Origin: an uncultured Chthonomonadaceae bacterium
GTDB taxonomy: Bacteria > Armatimonadota > Chthonomonadetes > Chthonomonadales > Chthonomonadaceae
Assembly (NCBI GenBank): GCA_963835065.1
Contig: CAWIEK010000071.1
Span: 1 to 56,068, forward strand
DNA length: 56,068 nucleotides
Direction of reading: 5' to 3'
A program made the position numbers and the translations under genes. Below, one piece after another: positions 39,905-50,714 of the stretch. Numbering within the stretch: the stretch's first letter is position 1; every line of letters begins with the position of its first letter. The notes under the pieces were generated by a model, which ran no database searches, had not been told where the DNA came from, and saw only the letters and a list, made by a program, of their open reading frames with translations.

Positions 39905-42598
39905 ATGCCAGATGCGCTTGATTCATCGAACTCGCGGCGCGAACCGCACATTGCCTCGAACGGCTACGCTTTCGCCGCCGCTTCTGCCAATGGGTTTTCC
40001 GCCGCGCTGCCCGATTCGAACTTTAATTCAAACTTCAATATGAATGTCAATAAGAGTTCCAGCCCCGCGCAGGGAACGTCGCCGGTAACGCCCGGCAGCC
40101 CGCTGTGGGAGCAGATACTGGACAGTGTTTCGCTTGGCGTTGCCGTTTTAGAGGGGCGCGAGGGGCATACGCTGTGGACGAACACAGCGCTGCGACGCCT
40201 TCTTCTGGCGGGCGTCGGACTGGGCGATGTTTTGCAATGGCAGCCGCACGAATACCTTCCCAACCTGGAACTCGACACCTGGCACACCATCCTGCAGCGC
40301 GTAGTCGGCAATGTCGGCGGAGAAGCGGGAAGTGATTTCGGACGGCTGCAATTCGTCCATCATGCCACCCGCAACATCGCGTATTGGGAATGGAACCTGC
40401 AGAAAATGCCCGGCGCTTCCGCCGACGCGCCCTGCCTGCTGCTGACTGTTCAGAATGTTACCGATGTGGTGATGAACGAGCGGCAACTGGCAACCGCTGT
40501 TCGCACGGCGCAGCAAGCCCGCCGGGACGCGGAGTCGCTTGGCACTCTGGCGCAGCGAGTGAATCAATCGCTGACCACTCCCGATTTATTGCGCACCATT
40601 ACGCAGGAAGCCGCCCGCTATTTCGATACCGAACATGCCGCCGTTTTGCTCCTGTCCCCGGATGCGCGGCAATTTCAGGTAGGCTACGGCATCGGCCTGC
40701 ATGGGGTTTCCAATCTCACTTCGGGCGTACCCTTGACCGGCGTGGGCGCGACGGCCTTCCCCGGCGCGAAGTGCGGGAATACGCCTGCCGACAAAGCCAT
40801 TGCCGAGCGTATCACGCTGGTCACTTCGGGCGCCCTCGCGCCGGATATGGAACTGCCTCTGCTGTCCAATGGGAAACGCCCCGCAACCCTGATTTGCAGC
40901 CCCATTCGCCAGAATGACCGCATCTTCGGCGCGGTGGAAGTGTACTTTCCCGAAGCCCGCGACATTCCCGACGCTTCCGTCGCGCTGCTGACCGCCATTG
41001 CCGATCAAGCCGCCGTGAGTCTGGTAAAAGCCGATTTGTATGAGCAGATCGCTGTCCAGCGCCGGCAATTGCAGTCTATCTTTGACAACGCGCCCGTCGG
41101 TATTTTGTATTTCAATGCGGACGGCGTTGCGGCAACGGCCAACGCCGCCATTGCGCGCAGTTACGGGCAGTCTGTAGAAGAGATTTTGGGAAGGCATGGC
41201 ACAGAGTTGATGCCCGGCTTGCCGGGGCGCGTGTTTGAAATGGCGCAGGAGGGTACGCCGTTTCATGCCAGCCATGTGGTCTTTGCCCGCGCCGTCGGCG
41301 AAGAAGTGATTTATGACGTATCCCTTATTCCCGTGCAAAGCGACAACGGCCTATCGGGACTGCTGCTGCTGTTGTTTGAAGTGACGGAACTGGTAGCCGC
41401 GCGCCAGGAAGCGGACGCGGCGCGCAAGGATGCCGAAGACGCCCTGACCTCGGTACGCGCCGCGCAGTCGCAAATGGTTCAGATGGAAAAGATGCGCGCG
41501 GTGGGCGAACTGGCGCAGGGTGTGGCTCACGATATTAATAACGCGCTGATGGCTGTGCTGGGCTATACGGAACTGGCCGAAGACGATCTGGAAGAGCCGG
41601 AAGCGCTGGCAAATCATCTGGCGACCATTAAAAAAGCCGCGCTCGACGCTTCCTCCACCGTGCAGCGCCTGAACCGCTTCGCCAAGCGCGGTATCGTCAC
41701 GCATGCCGATCAGACCGACATTAATGAAGTGGTCACGGATGTGGTTCAAATGACCCGCCCGCGCTGGCGCGACGCCGCGCAAAAAGAGGGGCGCGTGTAT
41801 AAAGTGGAAACGCAGTTGGCGGAGTTGCCGCCGATTCTAGGCGACCCAAGCGGCCTGCGCGAAGTGCTGATGAACATGATTCACAACGCGCTCAACGCCA
41901 TGCCGGAGGGCGGCAGCCTGACGCTTTCCACGCGGACGACGGTGGACAAGCAGGTGGAAATCGAAATTGCGGACACGGGCCTGGGCATGACGCCCGAAGT
42001 GATGAACCGTATTTTTGAGGCGTTCTTTACGACGCGGGGCGTGGAAGGCACGGGGCTGGGACTGGCAATGTCGTGGGGCATCATCCAAAGGCACGGCGGA
42101 ACCATTGATGTGGAAAGCGAACCGGGCAAGGGAACGCGCTTCTTTATTCGCCTGCCCCTCAGCCTGACGGAACGCAGGGAAGCCGCGCCTGTTACTCCCG
42201 TCGCCGCGCCTGCGGATGCGCCGGGTACGCCGATTCTGGTGGTGGACGATGAGCCGATGATTGCGGGCGTGTTGAGCAGTATTCTGGGCCGGCACGGGTA
42301 TCGCGTCACGCTCGTCAACAGCGGGCAAGAGGCGCTGGAAAAATTGCGCGCGCCGGGTTCGGACTTCCAATTGGTGACAACGGATCACGGTATGCCCGGC
42401 ATGAACGGCCTGCAATTGGTGGCCGAAATCAAGCGTACGCACCCGCATTTGCCCGTCCTGCTGCTCACGGGCTGGGGCGAATCCGTGCTGCAAACCAACG
42501 TGCCCGAAGCCATGCCGGACGCCGTGCTGGGCAAGCCCATCAACCAGGCCGATCTGCTGGAAGCGCTCGCCAAATTAATGCCACAGAGTAGGCATTAG
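39905..42598 (+). CDS. Hybrid sensor histidine kinase (PAS-GAF-PAS-HisKA-HATPase-REC)
   Basis: GVAHDINNAL, NMIHNALNAM, DTGLGM, FFTT, GTGLGL and receiver ILVVDDE..TDHGMPGMNG..KP. The start is uncertain. Confidence 0.92.
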   Translation: MPDALDSSNSRREPHIASNGYAFAAASANGFSAALPDSNFNSNFNMNVNKSSSPAQGTSPVTPGSPLWEQILDSVSLGVAVLEGREGHTLWTNTALRRLLLAGVGLGDVLQWQPHEYLPNLELDTWHTILQRVVGNVGGEAGSDFGRLQFVHHATRNIAYWEWNLQKMPGASADAPCLLLTVQNVTDVVMNERQLATAVRTAQQARRDAESLGTLAQRVNQSLTTPDLLRTITQEAARYFDTEHAAVLLLSPDARQFQVGYGIGLHGVSNLTSGVPLTGVGATAFPGAKCGNTPADKAIAERITLVTSGALAPDMELPLLSNGKRPATLICSPIRQNDRIFGAVEVYFPEARDIPDASVALLTAIADQAAVSLVKADLYEQIAVQRRQLQSIFDNAPVGILYFNADGVAATANAAIARSYGQSVEEILGRHGTELMPGLPGRVFEMAQEGTPFHASHVVFARAVGEEVIYDVSLIPVQSDNGLSGLLLLLFEVTELVAARQEADAARKDAEDALTSVRAAQSQMVQMEKMRAVGELAQGVAHDINNALMAVLGYTELAEDDLEEPEALANHLATIKKAALDASSTVQRLNRFAKRGIVTHADQTDINEVVTDVVQMTRPRWRDAAQKEGRVYKVETQLAELPPILGDPSGLREVLMNMIHNALNAMPEGGSLTLSTRTTVDKQVEIEIADTGLGMTPEVMNRIFEAFFTTRGVEGTGLGLAMSWGIIQRHGGTIDVESEPGKGTRFFIRLPLSLTERREAAPVTPVAAPADAPGTPILVVDDEPMIAGVLSSILGRHGYRVTLVNSGQEALEKLRAPGSDFQLVTTDHGMPGMNGLQLVAEIKRTHPHLPVLLLTGWGESVLQTNVPEAMPDAVLGKPINQADLLEALAKLMPQSRH

Positions 42599-42697
42599 GC
42601 ATTAGGCATTAGAGAAGAAACAGAAGACAGAAGAACTTCGTATCTGCTTGCTAATGCCTAATGCCTAACTAGCCTACTCCCTACCCATGAGGCTACC

Positions 42698-43204
42698 ATG
42701 ATGAAGGACAAAAGCGCGGACAAGAAAAACGAGGCTCCGCGCGATTCAAACGCGAAGAAAATGATTTCGGTCAACCGCCGCGCCCGGCATGAGTTCGAGA
42801 TTGAAGATACGTATGACGCAGGCATGGTGCTGGTCGGCACGGAGGTCAAATCCCTGCGCGCGGGGCGGCTGAACTTTGTGGACTCCTTTTGCCGCATTGA
42901 ACGCGACGAGGTGTGGCTGTACAACATGAACATCACGCCCTATGAGCAGGGCAACCGCGCCAGTACGGTGGAAGCCAAGCGCAAGCGCAAGCTGCTGCTG
43001 CACAAGTGGCAGGTGCGGGAACTGCGGACGAAATCCGAGCAAAAGGGGCTGACGATTGTGCCGCTTGCGCTGTATTTTCAGCGCGGGTTTGCCAAACTGG
43101 AAATCGCGCTGGCAAAAGGCAAAAAACTCTACGACAAGCGCGAAAGCATCGCGGAACGGGATCAGGAGCGCGAAACCCGGCGTCAGTTCGTCAATCGTGA
43201 GTAG
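42698..43204 (+). CDS. smpB: SsrA-binding protein
   Basis: NRRARHEF, AGMVLVGTEVKSLR, RKLLLHK and KGKKLYDKRE. Confidence 0.97.
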   Translation: MMKDKSADKKNEAPRDSNAKKMISVNRRARHEFEIEDTYDAGMVLVGTEVKSLRAGRLNFVDSFCRIERDEVWLYNMNITPYEQGNRASTVEAKRKRKLLLHKWQVRELRTKSEQKGLTIVPLALYFQRGFAKLEIALAKGKKLYDKRESIAERDQERETRRQFVNRE

Positions 43205-43316
43205 CCCGTTTAGGCATCAGGCATCAGGCATTAGATATTAGGCGGCAGATACTCGTCATTTATCCGCGTTGGCGATGGTTTGCAGACCGGGCAGAGCGCG
43301 TCGAAGGCTGTATCCT

Positions 43317-43550
43317 GAAAAAAAAGAAATATGTAGAGGCAGCGTCGAAATCTTGGCAATGCAGCGCTTCCAGCCCGATGTCTCGTTGTGTCTGGTTGTC
43401 ATAAGAAGAGGCGTCGTGGCCTCAGAAGCGTCAGGGCGGATGAGAGTGTACAGGCATCTTTTTGCACCTCCCTTCCAGGTTAGATTGTTGAGAGTTGGAG
43501 GGAACTCCGAACTTTCAACGGCCCGCCACCTGGCTGATTAGTATACATTT
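43317..43550 (-). ncRNA. Putative structured RNA, copy 2 (convergent with smpB)
   Basis: Homologue of 16531-16785. Confidence 0.5.
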
Positions 43551-43557
43551 GTACCTT

Positions 43558-43588
43558 TTAGACGCGATGCAAACGATAAAGGTTCATT
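43558..43588 (-). promoter_or_regulatory. ECF-sigma-type promoter GAACC-N16-CGTCTAA
   Basis: Same boxes and spacing as 16792-16822. Confidence 0.65.
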
Positions 43589-43697
43589 GTTTTCTCATTT
43601 TTTTGGGCTTTTTCTGACTATTTTTCGGGGTTGGCAGCAATGAAGAAGGAGGCAGGCGCAGGTTCCGGGCACGGAAAACGCTTGCTGTGAAATGGGA

Positions 43698-43746
43698 GGC
43701 CGGGGCTTTGCAATCCCCGGCAGGAAAGTGCAAGCGTCTTGCAGAC
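43698..43746. repeat. REP-like palindromic repeat, copy A
   Basis: 47/49 identical to 50611-50659; GCCGGGG...CCCCGGC hairpin. Confidence 0.75.
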
Positions 43747-43996
43747 CATAGGTATCTACACAAGTCTGACAACCGTATCACATGAGATTGAGCGCATCTA
43801 TTTCGGCACCTATATTCGCTCCGATAGCGAACGAGCATTTCAGGTTATCCGAGCTAGAACGAGATTGAGCGAGTGATCTTCGTTCGATTCTGATAGGCTG
43901 CAACTGTCTCATCGAGAATCTGTGTAGATACCTATGCTTCTAGGGTGTGACTTTTCCTCGCTCCCCACACTTGTCGCAATTGAAAGTAGAGCACAC

Positions 43997-44914
43997 ATGA
44001 AGATAGGTCTTCGTGATATCGATCCGAATATCGCCAGGCAAATCCGCGAAATGCTCGATTACTTGCGGACGATGGGATTTCAAAACCATCAGCATCCGCA
44101 CACGCCGGAGCGAGATGCGCAGCTTGCGGCGCGCACCGTACTTCATCGGACAGATACGGTACCGTTCGTACTGAGATTGGCATCCAGCGTTGGAGTGGGC
44201 TTTCTTACCCTGTTTATGGTGGCTGGGGGTATTAATTCCGGCGCGATTCCAGGACCAATGGTAGTGGCCGCGCCTGCGCTCGGGGGACTAACATACTGGC
44301 TATCCTGGTGGGTGAACAAGCAGCAGCGGGTTGACGACTTGGATAGATCAATGACCAGCGAAGAGGTACGCGCCGCTTGCTCGGTGATTAAGGCTACGCC
44401 CTCTGAGACCTCGTACTTCGAATCGATGGCCCTCATTCTCGAAATCGGCGCTCAACTCGATGCGCAAACCGGCAAGGACATTCTGTCCGAGCTGAACGTG
44501 TTGATTGCTCAGGCGTGCCAACTCCAGGCACATCGCGACAATCTCAGAGCTGCCATCAACGCCGATTCTGCCGATGCGCTGGTCGCTCAGCGCGAGGATA
44601 TTCGGACTAAGCTATCGCGAACCACCGATGAAGCGGCACGACGGGCGTTCGAGCAGAGCATTGAGTTGCTCGAAACCCGCTGTCAGGTGGCGCAAACTCT
44701 TCAGCCCAGCCTGGAGCGCGTCGAAGCCCAGCAGGAAGTGATCCGGCAGACCCTTGCGTCCGTCCAATCGAGTCTCGCTCGGATGAAAGTCGCGCCCGAC
44801 GCGCTCATCGCTCCCGACATCGCAGTGATTCAGAGCAGCATTTCGGAAGTCACAGGGCAAACGCGGGCAGTAGAGCAAGCGGTACAGGAAGTCATGTCGA
44901 TTCGCAGTGGATGA
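43997..44914 (+). CDS. Hypothetical membrane protein with long coiled-coil C-terminus
   Basis: Two TM helices followed by a heptad-rich helical region. Confidence 0.7.
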   Translation: MKIGLRDIDPNIARQIREMLDYLRTMGFQNHQHPHTPERDAQLAARTVLHRTDTVPFVLRLASSVGVGFLTLFMVAGGINSGAIPGPMVVAAPALGGLTYWLSWWVNKQQRVDDLDRSMTSEEVRAACSVIKATPSETSYFESMALILEIGAQLDAQTGKDILSELNVLIAQACQLQAHRDNLRAAINADSADALVAQREDIRTKLSRTTDEAARRAFEQSIELLETRCQVAQTLQPSLERVEAQQEVIRQTLASVQSSLARMKVAPDALIAPDIAVIQSSISEVTGQTRAVEQAVQEVMSIRSG

Positions 44915-44959
44915 AAACGACATAATGATGAAACCGACAAGCATTCCCTGATGGAAAGG

Positions 44960-46380
44960 AATATCCGATAAGCCTTTGCCCCGCCTTGCCGAGATTGTCG
45001 AGCAGATTGGCGTCTTCTGTAGGAGCCGACGCGCGTTTGTTTTCGTCCACATAGCCGCCAAGTCCATACCGAGGCAACATCAATTTCTCAATTGTTGCCA
45101 CAACCGTCGGATTGAACAGACGGGCGTATTGATCGTTGGCGCTCCGGGTATCAAGCGGAAACTTCAGGGTAATGGGAATGCGCCTGGGGAAGTAACTGCG
45201 CGTACCATTGGCAAGCGTCAAATAGTAGCGGTCTTTTTGCGCCTCATAATCGGCATGGTTCTGAATGATATAGCCGCGCGTGCGCCGAACCATAAACTTG
45301 CTGAGGAGGTCGCGCCATTCATCGGCGCTATGGCTTCGCTCAAAGGCCAGCAGACAACGCGGCGTGGACGCCTGAAACTGAGAAAGAAAACCTTGTTCGC
45401 TATGTTCGCGGAAGTAATCTTCCGGGCGCGTTCCCAAGTCGGCTTTCTCGTCAAGGGCCAGCCGGAGTTGACTGCTTAAATCCTGATAATGCTTGTTGTA
45501 GGGCGTTGCGGAAAGCAGAAGCACTTTGGCATCCTGATCCCGAATGAAGTCCCTGATGTGGCTCCACGCGACCGTTTCGCGGTTTCTGAGATTGTGGCTT
45601 TCATCAAGGATAATCAGGCGGCATCGGCCTTTCTGCTGCCGGAGCTGATGGGATTGGCTGTAGGGAATTACTTCGCCTGCAATGATGATAGGCGATTTTC
45701 AAATAGACCAGATAGGGACTGAGCGGCATTTCGCGCGCCCAACTGTTCTCAATAATTTCCGCCAGAAGGTCGCTAATGTCCCGCGCATACGGGTCCTCCC
45801 AACGCGCCAGAAACCACCGGCGGAGTTTACCGGCGGCGTCCCCATCCGTCACGTCAACATTCAGTTCGCCCTGTTCCGAAAGCCCCGGCCCGGTTAGATT
45901 GCTGCTTCCCACGAACGCGACGGTAGGCGCTCCCGGATGGCTGGAATACGTGAGATAGAGTTTGGCATGAAGCGGATGGCGCAGAAAAAGTTTTACCACT
46001 ACCTTGCGCTGTCTTAGTTGACGCGCCAATTGGCGCAGTCCCGCAATCGTGGCATTATCCGGCATCCCATAAACCAGTTGCTGCCGGAATGACTCGACCA
46101 TCTCTATTTCCTGTTGCTTGATCCTGCGGAGATCCCCTTTTTCCTCTGGAACAAGCCGCAGACCGTCCAGCAGTTCCTGCTCCGGTTTCTTCACCATCCC
46201 AACCAGAACCCGCGCCTGAGCGCCCTGTTGCCCCGGAAAGCGGTCAATCAAATCACCGATCTTGCGCCAGCCCCGCAAATGGAAATAGCCTACGCTGAAA
46301 TCGGCGGAATGAGCCACCGCAAGCATCTGTCGGAGGGCATCCAGCAAATTCAGCTCAATATTATCCAGAACTTTGGGCAA
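44960..46380 (-). pseudogene. Decayed PLD-nuclease plus SNF2-type helicase (restriction/defence-associated)
   Basis: PLD HKD motif LHAKLYL..VGSSNLT, then IILDESHNLRN and LLLSATPYN in another frame. Walker A and the helicase C-domain are absent. Confidence 0.75.
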
Positions 46381-46416
46381 CGGACACTCCTTCTTTGTGT
46401 CTTGAATGCTTTCATC

Positions 46417-47655
46417 CTACTTTGCAGCATCGTCAACATTCGCTATGGTTTGCAATCCGGGGAGGGGCGCGTCCGGTTTGTAATTTTCCAGCGATTGGGT
46501 CAGGACGGCGACGTTTTTGAACAGCAGCATGTGGCCTGCGTTGCGGGGCTGCTTTCCATCCTGTAGGCCATCATAGGAGGCGGTTGCCATGCCGCTGTCT
46601 ATTTTCAGCAGGCGATAGTTGGCAACATGTTTGTCCGGGTCTGTGTAGGGGCCAACCGCATCCTTCAGTCCGAAGGCGGCGGGCTGATGCCCGAACACCA
46701 CGCCCGTAAACCCGTACTGATCCAGCCGGGTCAGCAAACGCCCCACTTCCTGCTCGGACTCCCACCACTTTGCCGCGCCTTCGCCCTGCAATTCCTGACT
46801 GCCGCCCTCGCCCACGAATTTCTTTTCCAATACGCCATATTCCGGCCCGGCCTTGCCTTCTGAGGCTTCCTGCGTGAGCGCGGCGTAATCCTGCTTCCGC
46901 GCCTGCTCCTGCCATGCCGTCCACAGTATCTGCGGCGTGGATTTCGTGGTCGTCAGGCTTTGCGGGTCGGGCGGCCAGCCGGCATGGCAGAACAGCCAAC
47001 TCCCGATTTTCGCGCCAAGCGGCATTTGCCGCAGAAAGATGCCAAGTTTGTAGCCTTTCGGGTCCGGCGCATCGCCCGTCAGTTGTTCCGCTGTCATGCC
47101 CTCCGCGTCCAATTCCCTGCGCAAATCCGGCGACACGCTCTTGCCGTTTGCGCCCGCCAGCAGTTCTGCCTCATGGTTGCCCAATAGCACGAGTACGCGC
47201 CCGCCCACTTTGCCTGCCTGCGCCTGCAAGTCCAGCCAGCAGCGGAGCATCGGAATACTGGAAGGTCCTTTGTCTATGGAGTCGCCAATTACGACAAGCA
47301 GCGTTTTGTCTCCCGACCATTTGCCACTGGAATCCACGATTTGCGCTTTTTGCAGCAGATGCAGCGCGTTCAGGTAATGCCCATGCACATCGCTGACAGC
47401 TGCCACCTGCCGGTATTTCGTTACTTCATCCGCTTTGATTTCCACAAGTCCGGGATTAAGAGCCGCTTCGCCCGGTTTCTCAAAGCCGGTTGCTTCCGGC
47501 TTGCTGTCAGTCTTGTGTTCTTCCGAGGGCAGGGGCCGCGTGGAAACAGCCGTTGCCCGCGACAGGGTTTCTCCATCCGCCGCGCTTGTTCTGCACCCCG
47601 CAAAACCGGGCATAACCAGAATACAGGCCACCAATGCCGCATAATTACGCGGCAT
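46417..47655 (-). CDS. Metallophosphoesterase lipoprotein (Shewanella-like phosphatase type)
   Basis: FAGC lipobox, SDVHG, GDSIDKG, LGNHE, FCHAG and FGHQP. Confidence 0.88.
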   Translation of the reverse strand: MPRNYAALVACILVMPGFAGCRTSAADGETLSRATAVSTRPLPSEEHKTDSKPEATGFEKPGEAALNPGLVEIKADEVTKYRQVAAVSDVHGHYLNALHLLQKAQIVDSSGKWSGDKTLLVVIGDSIDKGPSSIPMLRCWLDLQAQAGKVGGRVLVLLGNHEAELLAGANGKSVSPDLRRELDAEGMTAEQLTGDAPDPKGYKLGIFLRQMPLGAKIGSWLFCHAGWPPDPQSLTTTKSTPQILWTAWQEQARKQDYAALTQEASEGKAGPEYGVLEKKFVGEGGSQELQGEGAAKWWESEQEVGRLLTRLDQYGFTGVVFGHQPAAFGLKDAVGPYTDPDKHVANYRLLKIDSGMATASYDGLQDGKQPRNAGHMLLFKNVAVLTQSLENYKPDAPLPGLQTIANVDDAAK

Positions 47656-47835
47656 GGCGCAGGAATGACACAATTTTCTCTCCAAGTGTTCCACAGCCAC
47701 CGGCGCTCTCCTCATTCATCATCGTGACCCAATTTATTCACCCCGCGTTCAACGCGCTCGTATAACGGCAGAGTTGACCGGGCAGTCTTAGGTTCCTCTT
47801 ATTTTTAGCCTGTCCTTAAAAATTGTTACAAACTC

Positions 47836-47891
47836 TTGACTCTTTCAATTTAGCAGGGTATAGTCATTCTTGTCCGACTGATGCAGTCGGA
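47836..47891 (+). promoter_or_regulatory. Sigma70-type promoter with downstream palindrome
   Basis: TTGACT-N17-TATAGT followed by TCCGACTG-atg-CAGTCGGA. Confidence 0.6.
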
Positions 47892-48103
47892 TATACAACA
47901 TTGCCGAACAAGGAAGACGCTCCGAACGTTTGCAGACGCCCGGAGCGTGGAGCGGAATGAGAAACGATCTCACCCTGACCAATGTTATCGTACCTCACAC
48001 CGTTCCTCCCCGGCAACTCTCCCGAAGGCTTTTCCCGCCGCGCCCGCCCATACAGCAGGCGCATGGCAACACGCCTTCACGATTTATTAAGAGGAGGAAC
48101 CTC

Positions 48104-49003
48104 ATGTTTCACGCAGGAGATAGGGAACAGGACACAGGAAACAGGGAACAGAAGAGAAGAAGACAGAAGACAGAAGGCAGAAGCCGCATCCACAATCGGC
48201 AATCGGCAATCGAAAATTCCTCACCCCTCAACCAGGCTTTCACCCTCATTGAATTGCTCGTGGTTATCGCCATTATCGCGATTCTCGCGGCCATTCTGTT
48301 TCCGGTGTTTGCGCAGGCAAGGGAGAAAGCGCGCGCCACGATGTGCCTGTCCAACATGAAGCAGATTGGAACGGGGCTTCAGATGTACATTCAGGATTAT
48401 GACGAGCGGCTGTTCTTCCGTCAAACCGCCAATGCCGACAACACGCGCATCAACGCGGCCACGCCCAAAATTCCCGAACTTCAATGGTTCAACCAGATCA
48501 TGCCGTATGTCAAAAACAACCCGATTTTCAAATGCCCAGACGATCCCGGCCCCACGCCGGAACAAGACCTGCGCGGCAATCTCACCATACCGCGCTCGTA
48601 TGTGGCCGCGGTTGCCGCCGAATCGCTGTCGCTGGCGCAAATCAACGTACCTACGGACATCATCGTAATCGGGGAAAAGTGGGACAAGGACGCTTCCGGC
48701 AGGGTGGTCACGGAAAAATGGCTGGAAGCCTACGACGGCGATATGTCTCCCGACCCCGCCGACCCAAAGCGCATGAAAGATTTCGCCACCCGCCATCAGG
48801 GATTTATGAACGCGACATTTTTCGACGGTCACGCCAAGCCCTTGCAGGCCGCAACCCTCTGGGCCAGCCGTGACCTATCGGGATGCAGTCTGATTCACGC
48901 CTACCCCACGCCGCGTATGTGCGACAAGTCCTTTCCCGGCTGCCAGAGTTCGGGCGCCACCAACCTTTGCAACCTGCCGCCGATGTTTCCTTATCCAAAC
49001 TGA
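48104..49003 (+). CDS. Prepilin-type N-terminal cleavage/methylation protein, DUF1559/H-X9-DG family
   Basis: [48 protein letters not shown] and [16 protein letters not shown]. Confidence 0.92.
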   Translation: MFHAGDREQDTGNREQKRRRQKTEGRSRIHNRQSAIENSSPLNQAFTLIELLVVIAIIAILAAILFPVFAQAREKARATMCLSNMKQIGTGLQMYIQDYDERLFFRQTANADNTRINAATPKIPELQWFNQIMPYVKNNPIFKCPDDPGPTPEQDLRGNLTIPRSYVAAVAAESLSLAQINVPTDIIVIGEKWDKDASGRVVTEKWLEAYDGDMSPDPADPKRMKDFATRHQGFMNATFFDGHAKPLQAATLWASRDLSGCSLIHAYPTPRMCDKSFPGCQSSGATNLCNLPPMFPYPN

Positions 49004-49145
49004 AGAAAAGGATGAAGGATGAAGGATGAAGGATGAAGAATAACACTACGACTTTAGAAGACGGGAGATGAACCGGAAACTGCGTAACTCAGGCGTATTT
49101 TCATCCTTCATCCTTCATCCTTCATCCTTGCTCTCGGAGGTTCTC

Positions 49146-49763
49146 ATGCCCAACGATGTATTTTTGGTTCTGCACGGGTGGGGCGGCAACAAGCCCGAAC
49201 ACTGGCAGGAACACCTTGTCAACAAACTCAAAGCGGAAGGGGCGCGGGTACATTACCCGAAGATGCCCGAACCCACCGCGCCGGAGTTGGACGCCTGGCA
49301 AGCGCGATTGCGCGGCGAACTGGACGAAATCGCCGGGCAAACGCCGGACGCGCCCCTGACCATTCTGGCGCACAGCCTGGGCAGCATCAACTGGCTGCAC
49401 TTCACAGCCGCTAACGGCGCAAGCGGCAAACAGATCGCGGACCGCGTAATGCTTGTCGCGCCGCCCTATGTGCTGCCACAGGCTCCGCCGCCGGATGCGC
49501 CGCCGAGCGTCGTCGGCTTCTTCCCGCCCCCGCTCGATCCCGCTGCCCTCAAAGCCGCGGCGCGGGAAACGTTTATTGTCGCTTCCGATACGGACGATTA
49601 CGCCACCTTCGACCAGACAAGCGGCTACGCGGCCAAGCTGGAAGTTCCCCTTCACCTGCTCAAAGGAGCCGGGCATATCAGCCCCTATTACGGCTACGGC
49701 GAATGGCCCTGGGTACTGGAATGGTGCCTGAAACGCGCCGAGTTGCCGCCGCAGACGCGGTGA
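49146..49763 (+). CDS. RBBP9/YdeN-family alpha/beta hydrolase
   Basis: LHGWGG..HWQ, AHSLG, ASDTDDY and GAGHI. Confidence 0.88.
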   Translation: MPNDVFLVLHGWGGNKPEHWQEHLVNKLKAEGARVHYPKMPEPTAPELDAWQARLRGELDEIAGQTPDAPLTILAHSLGSINWLHFTAANGASGKQIADRVMLVAPPYVLPQAPPPDAPPSVVGFFPPPLDPAALKAAARETFIVASDTDDYATFDQTSGYAAKLEVPLHLLKGAGHISPYYGYGEWPWVLEWCLKRAELPPQTR

Positions 49764-49904
49764 GGAAGTTGATAGTTGATAGTTGATAGCCGATGCCGCG
49801 TCACTGGCAGTTTCCTGCTTCTTCCAACCGGAGGCACAAGGCTAACATACTGCGTATTTCCTATCAACTATCAACTATCAACTATCAACCACAAGGAGCT
49901 TGCT

Positions 49905-50501
49905 TTGCCCCCGAATCCAAAAGCGTTTACCGGTGAATGGTGGCATCAGATGATGCTGCCGGATGTGTCCTGGGCGGAAAAACTGATGCGCCCGATTATG
50001 GTGTATGTGGCGCTGCTGATAATCTTCCGCATTGCGTCGAAGCGGGAATTGGCGCAGGCAACGCTGTTTGACTTTCTCATCATCCTGCTGATTTCCAACG
50101 TGGTACAAAACGCCATTATCGGCAACGATAACAGCGTTTTGGGAGCGTTGGGCGGGGCGCTCACGCTGGTTTTCCTTGCGGGCGCGCTGAACCGCGTAAC
50201 TTCGCGCAGCCGCAAGGCCAGAGTGTTTCTGGAAGGCAAGCCCGTTCTGCTGGTCAACAAGGGTGAAATTGACAACGAGATGATGAAAAAGCAGTCCGTT
50301 TCGCGCAATGACTTGCTTTCCGCCATCCGCAGTCAGGGCATTGTTGAGATGAACAATGTAGGCTACGCCATTCTGGAACTCGACGGCAGCATCAGCGTGA
50401 TCAAAATGGAGGACTGCAAGGGCAAACCGGACTGCCTGCCGCTCGACATTGTGGGAGACGAAAGCATTGAATGTGATGACCCGATGGAGAAAAGGCATTA
50501 G
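49905..50501 (+). CDS. YetF/DUF421 membrane protein
   Basis: KRELAQATLFDF, LEGKPVLLV and AILELDGSISVI; AAGGAG then TTG at 49905. Confidence 0.88.
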   Translation: MPPNPKAFTGEWWHQMMLPDVSWAEKLMRPIMVYVALLIIFRIASKRELAQATLFDFLIILLISNVVQNAIIGNDNSVLGALGGALTLVFLAGALNRVTSRSRKARVFLEGKPVLLVNKGEIDNEMMKKQSVSRNDLLSAIRSQGIVEMNNVGYAILELDGSISVIKMEDCKGKPDCLPLDIVGDESIECDDPMEKRH

Positions 50502-50610
50502 GCATTAGGCAGTAGGCATTAGGCAGTAGGTTGTTCATTGTCGGTTTTGAACGTGATGTGCCTTTAGACAAAAGTAGCCTAATGCCTGATGCCTAATGCC
50601 TATCCCAATT

Positions 50611-50659
50611 GGCCGGGGCTTTGCAATACCCGGCAGGAAAGTGCAAGCGTCTTTCAGAC
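50611..50659. repeat. REP-like palindromic repeat, copy B
   Basis: 47/49 identical to 43698-43746. Confidence 0.75.
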
Positions 50660-50714
50660 GCAAGGACAAGCTCTATCGGGATAGGCTCCTAATGCCTAAT
50701 GCCTAATGCCTCTC

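Noticed and set aside
43317..43550. tmRNA (standard or permuted) next to smpB
   Set aside because: There is no GGGG acceptor stem, TTCGA T-arm hairpin or CCA end, and no tag reading frame ending in AA.
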